DNA of 64,000 bases from an archaeon. GTDB taxonomy: Archaea; Nanobdellota; Nanobdellia; Pacearchaeales; UBA284. A program made the translations under genes and the position numbers. Every line of letters begins with the position of its first letter. Within the stretch, counting starts at the first letter, position 1. The notes beneath the pieces are model-generated. The model had not been told where the DNA came from. It did not search any database and saw nothing but the letters and a program-made list of their open reading frames with translations. The stretch spans positions 583,712-647,711 of the forward strand of contig CP070794.1 in the NCBI GenBank assembly GCA_020343435.1, written 5' to 3'. Shown in pieces: positions 1 through 9,533 of the stretch.

Positions 1-13
1 TCTGGATTTTGTA

Positions 14-1429
14 GTGGAAAACCAAACAATAACAGATGTTTATGGAAATGCGCAAGAAGTAGGATTAGAATTAGATATGGAAGTAACTACAATTAATAGT
101 TATTCTTTAGAAGATAACTCTTTTATAGAAATTAAATTAGAAGTTGAACCTTCTTTAAGGGTAGAAATAAAAACCAACAAACAAGAGTACATTTTCTTAA
201 CTTCAGAGGATTTAGGATTAACATTAAAAGAGATTTCAGGAACAAGAATTGCAACAGGTTTAGATCTTCAAGGAGGGGCAAGAGCAATAGTAAAACCTGT
301 AGAACCAATCTCAGAACAAGAATTTGAAAAATTACTCTCAACAGTGAGATACAGACTTAATGTTTATGGTATAACTGATGTTAATGTAAGAAAAGCAAAA
401 GATATCTCAGGAGAATCTTATTTAGTAGTAGAATTAGCAGGAGCAACTCCCAAAGAATTGAAAGATTTAGTTTCAAAACAAGGAAAATTTGAAGCTAAGA
501 TAGCAAACCAAACTGTTTTTGTAGGAGGAAATAATGATATTACTTTTGTTTGTAGAGATGATGCAAGTTGTGCTTATATCAAAGAGTGTTTTGATACAGA
601 ACAAGGAGCAGCATGTACTTTTAATTTCGGAGTTCATCTGAGCAGTGAAGCAGCAAAAAGACATGCAGAGATGACAAAAGATTTAGAAGAGAATATTACA
701 GAAGGAAGCTCTTATCTTAACGAATCTCTAGAATTATATTTAGATGATGTCCTAGTTAGTACTTTACGTATTTCTTCAGATTTGAAAGGTAAAGAAACAA
801 CAGAAGTAGCTATTTCTGGATCAGGAGTTGGAAAAACAAAACAAGAAGCTTATGATGCTGCAGAAGCAGATATGAAAGAACTTCAAACAGTTCTTATTAC
901 AGGAAGTTTACCAGTAAAACTTGAAGTAGATAAACTAGATTTCATTTCTCCAGCTTTAGGAAAAGAATTCTTAAGAAATATTATTATAGCAGCACTGGCA
1001 GTTTTCTTAGCAGTTTTGGTTATTATCTATATAAGATATAGAAAAATCAAGTTCTTTATTCCAGTTATCATAACTTTAGTTTCAGAATTATTCTTAATTT
1101 TAGGAATTGCAGCATTAATTAGATGGAATATTGATCTCCCAAGTATTGCAGGAATTATAGCAGCAATCGGTACGGGTGTTGATGATCAGATTGTTATGTT
1201 AGATGAATCAAAATCTCGCCAGTATAGCATCAAAGAGCGTATTAAGAGAGCATTCTTTATTATTTTAGCAGCTTATGCAACCACATTTGTAGCAATGATT
1301 CCTTTGATGTGGGCAGGTGCAGGATTATTAAGAGGATTTGCAGTAACAACCTTAATTGGAATCACAATCGGAGTTCTTATAACACGACCAGCATTTGGAG
1401 AGATCTTAAAACTAGTTGTGAAGAAATAG
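14..1429 (+). CDS. secD: Protein-export membrane protein SecD (probably 5'-partial)
   Basis: A large extracytoplasmic region is followed by 5-6 hydrophobic helices and the SecD/F-type motif 'GTGVDDQIVMLDE'. The frame stays open back to position 2, so the true start and first TM helix probably lie upstream of the window. Confidence 0.7.
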   Translation: MENQTITDVYGNAQEVGLELDMEVTTINSYSLEDNSFIEIKLEVEPSLRVEIKTNKQEYIFLTSEDLGLTLKEISGTRIATGLDLQGGARAIVKPVEPISEQEFEKLLSTVRYRLNVYGITDVNVRKAKDISGESYLVVELAGATPKELKDLVSKQGKFEAKIANQTVFVGGNNDITFVCRDDASCAYIKECFDTEQGAACTFNFGVHLSSEAAKRHAEMTKDLEENITEGSSYLNESLELYLDDVLVSTLRISSDLKGKETTEVAISGSGVGKTKQEAYDAAEADMKELQTVLITGSLPVKLEVDKLDFISPALGKEFLRNIIIAALAVFLAVLVIIYIRYRKIKFFIPVIITLVSELFLILGIAALIRWNIDLPSIAGIIAAIGTGVDDQIVMLDESKSRQYSIKERIKRAFFIILAAYATTFVAMIPLMWAGAGLLRGFAVTTLIGITIGVLITRPAFGEILKLVVKK

Positions 1430-2845
1430 CTATTTAACTAATCGTTTTATAGCATTATTTATATGAAACATATCCCTATTCTTGAGAAAGTGGGCCACTT
1501 CTCTGAAAACTGTTGCTAAAAACCCTTGTTTTTTTAGATTATAAAAAACCATTGTTGTATCTATCCAATTTCTAGAATATCTTATATATCCCTCTTTTTC
1601 AAATCTTTTCATGATTTTTTTCTTAACTTGTTCAGGATAAGTTTCATCCCAATTTTCTGTTCTATAACCATGAAAATCATAATTATAGATATCTAAACCA
1701 GGATTATGTTTTTCAAAATTAAAATGAAATCTTGTATGCGGAACAGAATTAGCTATATTCATAAACACTTTTTCAGAATTAAGAGATAATGCAAAATTAA
1801 TTGTATCATCAATCTCTTCTTTTTTCTCTCCAGGAATACAAATCATAAATGAACAACAGGTTCTTATTCCAAGTTTTTGAGCTTCATTAACAGTATCTCT
1901 TGCTTTTTGTAATGTAAAATTCTTTCCTATTACTTCATTAAGAACTCTCTGTGATCCACTCTCTATACCAAAAAATATGAGATCACAACCAGATTCTCTC
2001 ATTTTTTTAAGAATTTCAGAATCCATAGTATTTATCCTACATCCTCCTGTCCAGGTTATATTTAATTCTTTCATAACATCACAAACTTTACTTAACCATT
2101 CTCTATCAGTTGAAACTTCATTATCTGAGAAATCAAATTTTCTTATTCCATATCTTTTTATCAATTCTTTTAATTCTTCTTTTAAGTTTTCAGGAGATCT
2201 TTGTCTATAAGTACCAGCAATTTTTCTTAAAGCAGGCATACAATTAGCACAGTTATAAGGACAAGATCTAGAACCTAGAATTGGAATACTTAATTTACCA
2301 AACATTTTTTGATAAATCCCCTGATTATATTTTTCTATATCTACAATATCTCTATCTGGAAAAGGTAGAGAATCTAAATCTTGAATCCAGGGCCTTGATT
2401 TAGTAACTTTCATCTTACCTTTTTCAAGATAAGCTATTCCTTTAACATCTTTTAAATTCATTTTTCCTTCAAAAACTTGAATTAATTCAAACATTGTTTC
2501 TTCACCTTCTCCAATAACCACAATCTCTGCTAATTGATTTTTGAAAAAATCATCTGGCATCAAAGTTGCATGGGGCCCGCCAGCAACAATCTTTATTTCA
2601 GGATTTATCTCTTTAATCCTCTTAACAATTCTTTTCAAACCTAAGAAAGATTTACTCATAACACTAAAACCTATAACATCAGTATTAGAGATTTCTTTAT
2701 ACAACTTCTCTTCTGGTTCTACCCCCAAATCAACCCCAACAACATTTTTGTAACCTTTATCTTTCAAATAAGAAGAAATATATGCTATTGATAATGGAAA
2801 CCCTGAGAAATATCCTGTTTTTAAATTAACAAGTAAGATTTTCAT
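1430..2845 (-). CDS. B12-binding-domain radical SAM enzyme (class B)
   Basis: The N-terminus looks like a Rossmann-type cobalamin-binding region (MKILLVNL..., VVIGEGEET). It is followed by the radical SAM cluster motif 'SCPYNCANC' (CxxxCxxC). Confidence 0.8.
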   Translation of the reverse strand: MKILLVNLKTGYFSGFPLSIAYISSYLKDKGYKNVVGVDLGVEPEEKLYKEISNTDVIGFSVMSKSFLGLKRIVKRIKEINPEIKIVAGGPHATLMPDDFFKNQLAEIVVIGEGEETMFELIQVFEGKMNLKDVKGIAYLEKGKMKVTKSRPWIQDLDSLPFPDRDIVDIEKYNQGIYQKMFGKLSIPILGSRSCPYNCANCMPALRKIAGTYRQRSPENLKEELKELIKRYGIRKFDFSDNEVSTDREWLSKVCDVMKELNITWTGGCRINTMDSEILKKMRESGCDLIFFGIESGSQRVLNEVIGKNFTLQKARDTVNEAQKLGIRTCCSFMICIPGEKKEEIDDTINFALSLNSEKVFMNIANSVPHTRFHFNFEKHNPGLDIYNYDFHGYRTENWDETYPEQVKKKIMKRFEKEGYIRYSRNWIDTTMVFYNLKKQGFLATVFREVAHFLKNRDMFHINNAIKRLVK

Positions 2846-2852
2846 TCTAGAA

Positions 2853-3587
2853 TTAACTAAAAGCTTCTTTCATAATACTTCTTGCATAAAGTAAATCAGT
2901 TTCTGTGTTAATATTAGTATACTTGTCAGCAACAAAAAAAGCCCTAACATGTTTATTATCATCTATAGCTGCTTGAATCAAATCAACCATTTCTTTTTCT
3001 CCTCTTATTGGATTGGTAGGAGTCCTATCAAGATAATTAAATAAATCAAAACTAAACACACAAAAACCAGTTCCTTGTAAATTTCCAGTAGGATTTTTTG
3101 GTTTTTCAACTAATCTATGAATTTTCCATTCAGGATCACACATCAAAGAATAAGTTCTTCCAATCTTACTGTGATCTTCTTCTTTGATAACTCCGCAAGA
3201 AGAAAACAATTTTTTCTCATTGAAATCTTTTATCATTTCATGAATTTTTGGTCCAGTTATAACTTGGTCCCCCATTCCCAAAACAAAATCTTGTCCCTCT
3301 AAGGCTTCTCTTGCAACTTCCATTGCATTAACAACCCCCCTTTGTTCTGGTTGTATTACATATTTTATTTTTTTACCTTTATATTCAATTCCAAACCTAT
3401 TTATCAAATCTTCAGCTCTATGACCAACAACCATGACTATTTCACTAATTTCAGGAATATTAACAAACATATCTAAATTATGTTCAATTAATCTTTTACC
3501 ATTTATCTCTATTAAACACTTATTTCCCCCATCTGTAAGTGGATCTATCCTTTTACCTCTCCCACCTGCAAGAATTAATGCTTTCAT
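2853..3587 (-). CDS. Sugar-1-phosphate nucleotidylyltransferase
   Basis: The N-terminal 'MKALILAGGRGKRIDPLT' loop is the signature of the NDP-sugar pyrophosphorylase family. The gene sits in a sugar-nucleotide context. Confidence 0.8.
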   Translation of the reverse strand: MKALILAGGRGKRIDPLTDGGNKCLIEINGKRLIEHNLDMFVNIPEISEIVMVVGHRAEDLINRFGIEYKGKKIKYVIQPEQRGVVNAMEVAREALEGQDFVLGMGDQVITGPKIHEMIKDFNEKKLFSSCGVIKEEDHSKIGRTYSLMCDPEWKIHRLVEKPKNPTGNLQGTGFCVFSFDLFNYLDRTPTNPIRGEKEMVDLIQAAIDDNKHVRAFFVADKYTNINTETDLLYARSIMKEAFS

Positions 3588-3590
3588 TTT

Positions 3591-4631
3591 TTAATGAAAA
3601 AGATTTCTATTTGCTTTTATCCATTCAACAATTTTAGTTACACCCTCTTTTGGAAGCACTTCTGGCTCCCATTTCAATTCCCTCTTAGCCTTATTGGTAT
3701 CAGAAACCCAGTATCTTAAATCTCCAAATCTATCTTTATCAAACTTTACTTCAGATTTCTTTCCAGATATTTCATCTATCATTTTAATACATTCAATCAG
3801 TGAAATCATTGTTTTCTCTCCACCACCAATGTTATAGATCCCAGGTTTTTGATTATTAAAGAAAGCATCAAATGCCTTTGCAACATCTGTGGCATATAAA
3901 ACATCTCTTAATTGTTTTCCTGTCCCAAAAATTGTTAAAGGCATCCCTAAAACATTCCTAATAGCGAAATTAGCAACCCAACCATGGTCTTCTCCACCAA
4001 ACTGATTAGGACCATAAATACCAGTTAATCTGAAACTTGCAGCCTTTAATTTGTAAGTATCAATAAAACATTGGACATAATGTTCAGCAGAAGATTTTGA
4101 AGCATGTAATGGGGTCACAACCCCCTGCAAAAGAGCTTCGCTTTCATCGATTGCTGCAGGATCTCTTACATACCTTGTTTCTTCTTCTTTTAATTCAGAG
4201 TTAATCTTATCAGGTCCATAACAATGTATAGAATTACATGATACAATTGGAATATCCCATTTTCTTGCAGCTTCTAGAACATTAAAAGTTCCCCTAACAT
4301 TTGTTGAAAAATCTAGTTCAGGATCTTCCCAACTCATAGTCATTGTTGGTTGTGCTGCAGTATGACAAATAAAATCACATCCCTCTGCAAATTTAATCAT
4401 AGTTTCCTTATCTCTGATATCTTCAACAGCAATCTTAACTCCAAGTTTTTCAAGAAAATCTTTATTGAAGTATCTTGCTTCAGGTTTCATATAAACGTTT
4501 CTTTTGAATTCATGCTTTGTAAGATTATCATAAGCAATAACTTCCCAACCTTTTTTTTGGTACATCTCACAGATGTGGCTTCCTAAAAAACCACACCCAC
4601 CAGTAACTAAAACCTTCATAACATAAGGCAT
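3591..4631 (-). CDS. NAD-dependent NDP-sugar epimerase/dehydratase (extended SDR)
   Basis: It carries the 'VLVTGGCGFLGSH' Rossmann motif and has extended-SDR length (346 aa). It ends 4 nt from the nucleotidyltransferase gene. Confidence 0.8.
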   Translation of the reverse strand: MPYVMKVLVTGGCGFLGSHICEMYQKKGWEVIAYDNLTKHEFKRNVYMKPEARYFNKDFLEKLGVKIAVEDIRDKETMIKFAEGCDFICHTAAQPTMTMSWEDPELDFSTNVRGTFNVLEAARKWDIPIVSCNSIHCYGPDKINSELKEEETRYVRDPAAIDESEALLQGVVTPLHASKSSAEHYVQCFIDTYKLKAASFRLTGIYGPNQFGGEDHGWVANFAIRNVLGMPLTIFGTGKQLRDVLYATDVAKAFDAFFNNQKPGIYNIGGGEKTMISLIECIKMIDEISGKKSEVKFDKDRFGDLRYWVSDTNKAKRELKWEPEVLPKEGVTKIVEWIKANRNLFH

Positions 4632-4710
4632 ATCTCATCATTTAAATAAATTTCTACAATAAAACAATATCTTTGAAGTAGTTACTAGGGAATTAATACA
4701 AAACCACAAT

Positions 4711-4718
4711 TTTTATAA
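4711..4718 (+). promoter_or_regulatory. TATA-like box for the 4742 ORF (leaderless spacing)
   Basis: 'TTTTATAA' lies exactly 23 nt before the ATG at 4742. This is the same spacer seen at four tRNA genes in this window. Confidence 0.45.
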
Positions 4719-4741
4719 ATTAGAGAAATCCCTAAAGTAAC

Positions 4742-5605
4742 ATGAGCGATGTAATAACATACCAACGTGCTAACTTCGATGAAGCTGCTATGAATGAATT
4801 ATGTGATGCAGTACACTCTCCCTCTTCACTCGATTTGACATTTACAGAAGGTGCTACAGAGGCCACAGCAATAATGGAAAGATTAAAGAAAGCTAGATTA
4901 ATCAGCGAAGGATCTCATTTACAATTGGGAACCAAGAGGATTACTTATGACCCTGATTCAAGAGTATTAAGTATTTCTTCAGTTCCTTTACAGTTTCCTT
5001 CATATGGTAAAGGAAGTTTGATGGAAGCAATTGGAGCTAGAGAAGAGAAAGAAGATTTAGTTGGTCCATTAACTAGTGTTTTTGTACATGTTCATGATGG
5101 AGAACTCTATTCAATGCAGATAAGAGGGGGTAACATTGGTGCTCCAGGAAAATTACAAATTCCAGCAGGATTCTGTGTCTATGATGTTCATCCTGCAACA
5201 ACAGCACTTAATGAAGTTGCAGAAGAAGTTTTCAAAGTAGATGATGAAGAAGCAATAGCAAGGGCTATAGAACAACATAGATTAGAATACTCCTTACCAA
5301 GAAACCAATTTTTGGATATAGCTCCATTTGTCCATGGAAGCGGGATGATAGACCCTTTATTGTCTTATGTTGTAAGAGCAGATTTAAGTGAAACTGGTTC
5401 AGTCATAACAAGTACAGATGATCTCAAAAAATTCGAAGCAGGATTGCCTTCTGAAAGAGTTGGAGAAGCATATACTTTCAGAGTTCCTTTAGAAAAAACA
5501 AGAGAACTTTTGGAAAAATTAGAACCAAAGATGTATGGTCCTGTAAGAAGAACTGGAGAAAGATTCTTAGATTGGTTTAATAAAGAAAAAGGAACTAATT
5601 ACTAA
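4742..5605 (+). CDS. Hypothetical protein with a degenerate Nudix-like box
   Basis: The coding call is clear: a 287-aa ORF with its own promoter box. The segment 'GKLQIPAGFCVYDVHPATTALNEVAEEVF' lines up position by position with the Nudix box Gx5Ex7REUxEExGU, but several catalytic positions are replaced. Composition is richer in G/A/R/E and poorer in K/I than the neighbouring genes. Confidence 0.35.
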   Translation: MSDVITYQRANFDEAAMNELCDAVHSPSSLDLTFTEGATEATAIMERLKKARLISEGSHLQLGTKRITYDPDSRVLSISSVPLQFPSYGKGSLMEAIGAREEKEDLVGPLTSVFVHVHDGELYSMQIRGGNIGAPGKLQIPAGFCVYDVHPATTALNEVAEEVFKVDDEEAIARAIEQHRLEYSLPRNQFLDIAPFVHGSGMIDPLLSYVVRADLSETGSVITSTDDLKKFEAGLPSERVGEAYTFRVPLEKTRELLEKLEPKMYGPVRRTGERFLDWFNKEKGTNY

Positions 5606-6698
5606 TAACTTTTCTACACTCTTGAACAATCCCTTCACTAAATCTATCCCAACTTAATTTTTCCCTGACAAATTTCTTCCCTTTTTCAGCTATTTTCTTA
5701 TGTTTTTTAGAATTCTTATAAACATCTAAAATTGATTTAACAAAATCTTTAGTTACAGTTCCAACACCTTCTTTTCTGATCATTGGGGAAGCAGTCATCT
5801 CATCAGAAACAATTATGGGTAAAGAAGCGCAAAGAGCTTCAAAAGGAGCCAACCATCCCCCCTGTGCCTTAACAGGATGCAAAAGAACATCACATGAATT
5901 ATATAGCCCTCTAACTTTAGATCTATCTACATGGCCTGTAAAGCTAACAAATTTTTCTAATTTATTTTTCTTAATATAATCATCTAAAACAGATTTATCT
6001 TTGTCCTCTCCCCACCCAGCAAATATAATTTTTAATTTAGGAATCTTATCTTTAATTTTATTTAAAGTTTTCAGGGTTTCTATCTGATTCTTAAAAGGAT
6101 TTAACATTCCAACATGTAGAACTGTAAAATCCTTTGATTTTTTCTTTTTAATTCTTTTAGAAAAGAAAGGATAATCTATCCCATAAGGTGCTATTCTATT
6201 AGGATTTTTATCATAAATTTTCTTAAATCTTTTATAATTATATTCATCAGCAACAACCACTCTGTTAATTTTCTCCTTGGCCAAGCATTTACCTATTTTC
6301 AACAAAATAGAGTTCTTAATCCTTGAAAAAAGAGATTTGGCTAACTTCAATCTTAAAAAAACAGCAGGTTCATTACACATCCAAACAGAAGGTTTTTTAT
6401 TAAATAATAAAGAATATTCAGCAGGATAATTATGGATATTCAAAACATCATATTTATGAGAATTTTTCCTGACTCCTTTATTCAAAGCAAGGATCTCTCC
6501 AAAATCAAAAGGTAATCTATCTTTTTTTTCAACAATAATCTCAGTGTCATCTAAATCTTTCCTCATCTGATCAGGAATCTCTGTTGTTAATATACCATTC
6601 TTAATCCCTTTTTTTGTCATATAATTAGCTAGCCTAACAATAAGATGTTCAGCACCCCCATAAACATACATGCCAGAATGAACAATTAAGATTCTCAT
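5595..6698 (-). CDS. Glycosyltransferase family 1 (GT-B, GT4-like)
   Basis: The protein shows 'MRILIVHSGMYVYGGAEH' and a C-terminal 'GGWLAPFEALCASLPIIVSD' EX7E-type region. I moved the start to the internal ATG at 6698, which abuts the stop of the upstream gene; the track start at 6767 would overlap that gene by 68 nt. Confidence 0.8.
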   Translation of the reverse strand: MRILIVHSGMYVYGGAEHLIVRLANYMTKKGIKNGILTTEIPDQMRKDLDDTEIIVEKKDRLPFDFGEILALNKGVRKNSHKYDVLNIHNYPAEYSLLFNKKPSVWMCNEPAVFLRLKLAKSLFSRIKNSILLKIGKCLAKEKINRVVVADEYNYKRFKKIYDKNPNRIAPYGIDYPFFSKRIKKKKSKDFTVLHVGMLNPFKNQIETLKTLNKIKDKIPKLKIIFAGWGEDKDKSVLDDYIKKNKLEKFVSFTGHVDRSKVRGLYNSCDVLLHPVKAQGGWLAPFEALCASLPIIVSDEMTASPMIRKEGVGTVTKDFVKSILDVYKNSKKHKKIAEKGKKFVREKLSWDRFSEGIVQECRKVISN

Positions 6699-6699
6699 T

Positions 6700-7899
6700 T
6701 TATATTTTTTCAGCAACTCCATATTTCTTTTCTCTAACTGTAGTGTTATAAGCTCTACATCCCTCACAAAGAATCGGGACCTTCTTATTTTTAAGAGTAA
6801 TCATCTCTCTAAACTTCCTATATCTTTTAGAGTTCCATATTTTTTTAAATGGAGTTTCATAAATATTACCAAAAGCATATTTTCTTAAGAAATCTCTTTT
6901 ATTACTCATCAAAACAGCACAACAAGGCATTACATATCCCCCCATCATAATATATGGTTCTGCCCAAGCTCTACATTCATGTAATGGGGGAAGTTCTTCT
7001 TTACTACTATGTGCAAAAGCAACCCTAATTCCATGTTTCTCTGCTCTTTTCAAAACCTCATTTCTGATTTCATCAGGAATTTTATCAACATAAAGATGTT
7101 CAACTTCTTTAAAACACAATAAACCAGCAAATTCTACCCTATACCCATCCCCTAAAGATTCTCTATCTCCTAATCCAGCGATAAAATCAATAAAATCAGG
7201 CATTTCATGAACATTTAATTTTGTAACAATAAATCTGAAACATAATTCTGGGATAGGGGATTTCATTTCTTTCTTTAGTTCAATCAAATCTTTAAGATTT
7301 TTTAAACTTCTATCCCATTTACATCCTCTTTTTATCTTTTCATAAGTCTTTTTATTAGAAGAATCCCAAGAGACCCAAATTCCATCCACACCCAATTTAA
7401 TAACCTTCTTAGAAGTTTCTTTATTTAGCAAATCAAAACTCTCTACAAGATATATTGGTAGTTTATGCTTCTTTTTCAAATAAGCAATCATCTTAATATA
7501 ATCTGGATTTAAGAAAGCATCACCTTCTCCTGTTAAATTAACCCATTTCAAATTAGGGAATTGATCAACCAATTCCTTAAATTCTTCAAAAGTAACATCT
7601 CTACTTGGTTCTTTCCAATAAGTATGTTCACAAATAACACATTTTTTATTACATTTGTTACTTACCTCAATTTCAAATGTAGAAGGCATAGGAACAAAAT
7701 TATTTACAGCAAATCTTGGGAATAACTTAAACCAAGGTTCTACCAGATACTTTCCCAAAAAATTAGAAGTACCCTCTCCTCCAGCCATTATAAAAGATTT
7801 AATATAAAGGAACTTAAACAAACCAACTGGCCCCTGTTTTTTCAAGAGATATCTCAAAGTTCTTCTATAGTTGTAAATTGCCTTTAAATTGCCTAACAT
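6700..7899 (-). CDS. Radical SAM protein with SPASM-like C-terminal Cys cluster
   Basis: 'CNKKCVICEH' is a CxxxCxxC motif. The Cys-rich C-terminus ('CRAWAEPYIMMGGYVMPCC', 'CEGCRAYN') resembles a SPASM/twitch auxiliary-cluster domain. Confidence 0.7.
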   Translation of the reverse strand: MLGNLKAIYNYRRTLRYLLKKQGPVGLFKFLYIKSFIMAGGEGTSNFLGKYLVEPWFKLFPRFAVNNFVPMPSTFEIEVSNKCNKKCVICEHTYWKEPSRDVTFEEFKELVDQFPNLKWVNLTGEGDAFLNPDYIKMIAYLKKKHKLPIYLVESFDLLNKETSKKVIKLGVDGIWVSWDSSNKKTYEKIKRGCKWDRSLKNLKDLIELKKEMKSPIPELCFRFIVTKLNVHEMPDFIDFIAGLGDRESLGDGYRVEFAGLLCFKEVEHLYVDKIPDEIRNEVLKRAEKHGIRVAFAHSSKEELPPLHECRAWAEPYIMMGGYVMPCCAVLMSNKRDFLRKYAFGNIYETPFKKIWNSKRYRKFREMITLKNKKVPILCEGCRAYNTTVREKKYGVAEKI

Positions 7900-8006
7900 C
7901 TTATGGTCCCCTTAACCATGCTTAATAAAACACATATTTAAAGTTTTGTTTAGTTTATTATATCCGATAGTAAAGAATATAAAAACCCATTTTGTATTAA
8001 ATTAAT

Positions 8007-9533
8007 ATGGCATATGATCTTGAAAAACATAAGCGAGATTTATTAAAACAAAAGGTTGTTAAAAATTCTGTTTACAACTCTTTTGCGATTCTTGTAAGCA
8101 AATTTGGAGGATTTATCTTCACAATCATAGTAGCAAGACTTCTATTCCCAGAATTATTTGGTATATACACTCTTGCATTAGCTTTAATATTAACTCTGGC
8201 AACAATTACAGAACTAGGAATTAATACAACAATTATCAGATTTATAGCAGATTCCTTAGGTAAGAAAAATGGAAAACAAGAAGCAAGGTCTAGGTTGAAA
8301 TTCTTATTCACAATTAGAATTCTTTTTACTTTTGCTATATCAATCCTCTTATTTATATTTTCAAAACAAATAGCTATAGGAGTATTTAGCAAACCTTTAC
8401 TACAATTACCACTCCAAATTGGAGCCATTTACTTAATTGTTAACTCAATACAACAAGTAATCCTTTCAATATTCGTAGCATTACAAAAGATAAAACATGT
8501 TGTAACATCTGAAATAATATTCCAAGTTTCAAGAATAGCATTAATCTTTATTTTCTTGTACTTCTTCAAATCAGTTAGTTCAGTATTCATAACCTTATCC
8601 ATTGCAATAGGTTTAACGATTTTAGTGATGTACCTTATTTTAGCTAAAGAGGATAAGTATCTCTTAAAAGGCAAAACTCTTCCTGTTGAAAGAAGAAGAT
8701 TACTGAGCTTCTTTAGTTGGATGACTTTATCAGCAATTTCTTTAATGATATTAACAAGAATTGATACTTTCATCTTAGGAGCATTTTTAAAATCTCAGTT
8801 TATTGGTTATTATGGAGCGATTTTTACAATAATTTCTACAGCAGCTTTAGCAATAACTTTCTCAGGAGTTCTACTTCCAGTTTTCACACAACTACAAGGA
8901 AGAAATCTAAAAACGTTATTCCAAAAAACGTTCCATTACATCTGTCTATTTTCTATACCCCTAGCTCTAGGATTGGCGATAATGATTCCTTGGATTATCA
9001 GAGTAATCTTTGGAGCAGTATATGTTCCAACAGCTTACACAACACAATTAACAATTACTGCAGCACTATTAGCATTTATTGTAATAGAAACACCAATCAC
9101 CAATTTCTTTGCAATGGTCTTTACTGCAAAAGAAAAGACAAAAACACCAGCTCTTCTAGCATTCTTTTCCTTAGTTTTAATAATTGTTCTAAGCTTCTTA
9201 ATAATCCCTCCATTTATTAGGATATCCCCACAACATGGATTAATCGGAGCAGCCTTAGCAGTGGTAATTGGAAGAGTATTCTATCTAATTATTCTTGCTG
9301 TACTCACAAAAACAAATCTAAAATTACTTTCAAAACCAATGTCAATAATAAAACCAGTTATAGCATCAATAATCATGGTTTTTGTTTTATTATGTTTTGT
9401 TAACTTTACATCTCTAAATCTATTCTGGGGGATAATTTCAATCATAGTAGCAATAGCAGTTTACTTCTTAGTAATGGTTTTAATAAAAGGAGCAACTGTT
9501 GATGATCTTAAACTAATAAAACTTATCAGATAG
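8007..9533 (+). CDS. Oligo/polysaccharide flippase (MOP/Wzx-like)
   Basis: This 508-aa polytopic membrane protein has about 12-14 helices and sits in a glycan-cluster context. Confidence 0.7.
   Translation: MAYDLEKHKRDLLKQKVVKNSVYNSFAILVSKFGGFIFTIIVARLLFPELFGIYTLALALILTLATITELGINTTIIRFIADSLGKKNGKQEARSRLKFLFTIRILFTFAISILLFIFSKQIAIGVFSKPLLQLPLQIGAIYLIVNSIQQVILSIFVALQKIKHVVTSEIIFQVSRIALIFIFLYFFKSVSSVFITLSIAIGLTILVMYLILAKEDKYLLKGKTLPVERRRLLSFFSWMTLSAISLMILTRIDTFILGAFLKSQFIGYYGAIFTIISTAALAITFSGVLLPVFTQLQGRNLKTLFQKTFHYICLFSIPLALGLAIMIPWIIRVIFGAVYVPTAYTTQLTITAALLAFIVIETPITNFFAMVFTAKEKTKTPALLAFFSLVLIIVLSFLIIPPFIRISPQHGLIGAALAVVIGRVFYLIILAVLTKTNLKLLSKPMSIIKPVIASIIMVFVLLCFVNFTSLNLFWGIISIIVAIAVYFLVMVLIKGATVDDLKLIKLIR

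Noticed and set aside
3591-4631. Possible loss of the catalytic Tyr in the SDR epimerase ('TPLHASKSSAE' where 'PYxxSK' is expected)
   Set aside because: An eyeball alignment of the YxxxK region is not reliable enough to claim an inactive or altered enzyme. It needs a proper family alignment.
6699-6767. Longer N-terminal extensions given by the track for several genes (6767, 12211, 13565, 29202, 38974, 43186, 43574, 51829, 53864)
   Set aside because: In each case an internal ATG removes an overlap with the upstream gene or tRNA, restores a canonical family N-terminus, or matches the TATA-box spacing. The extensions look non-coding.
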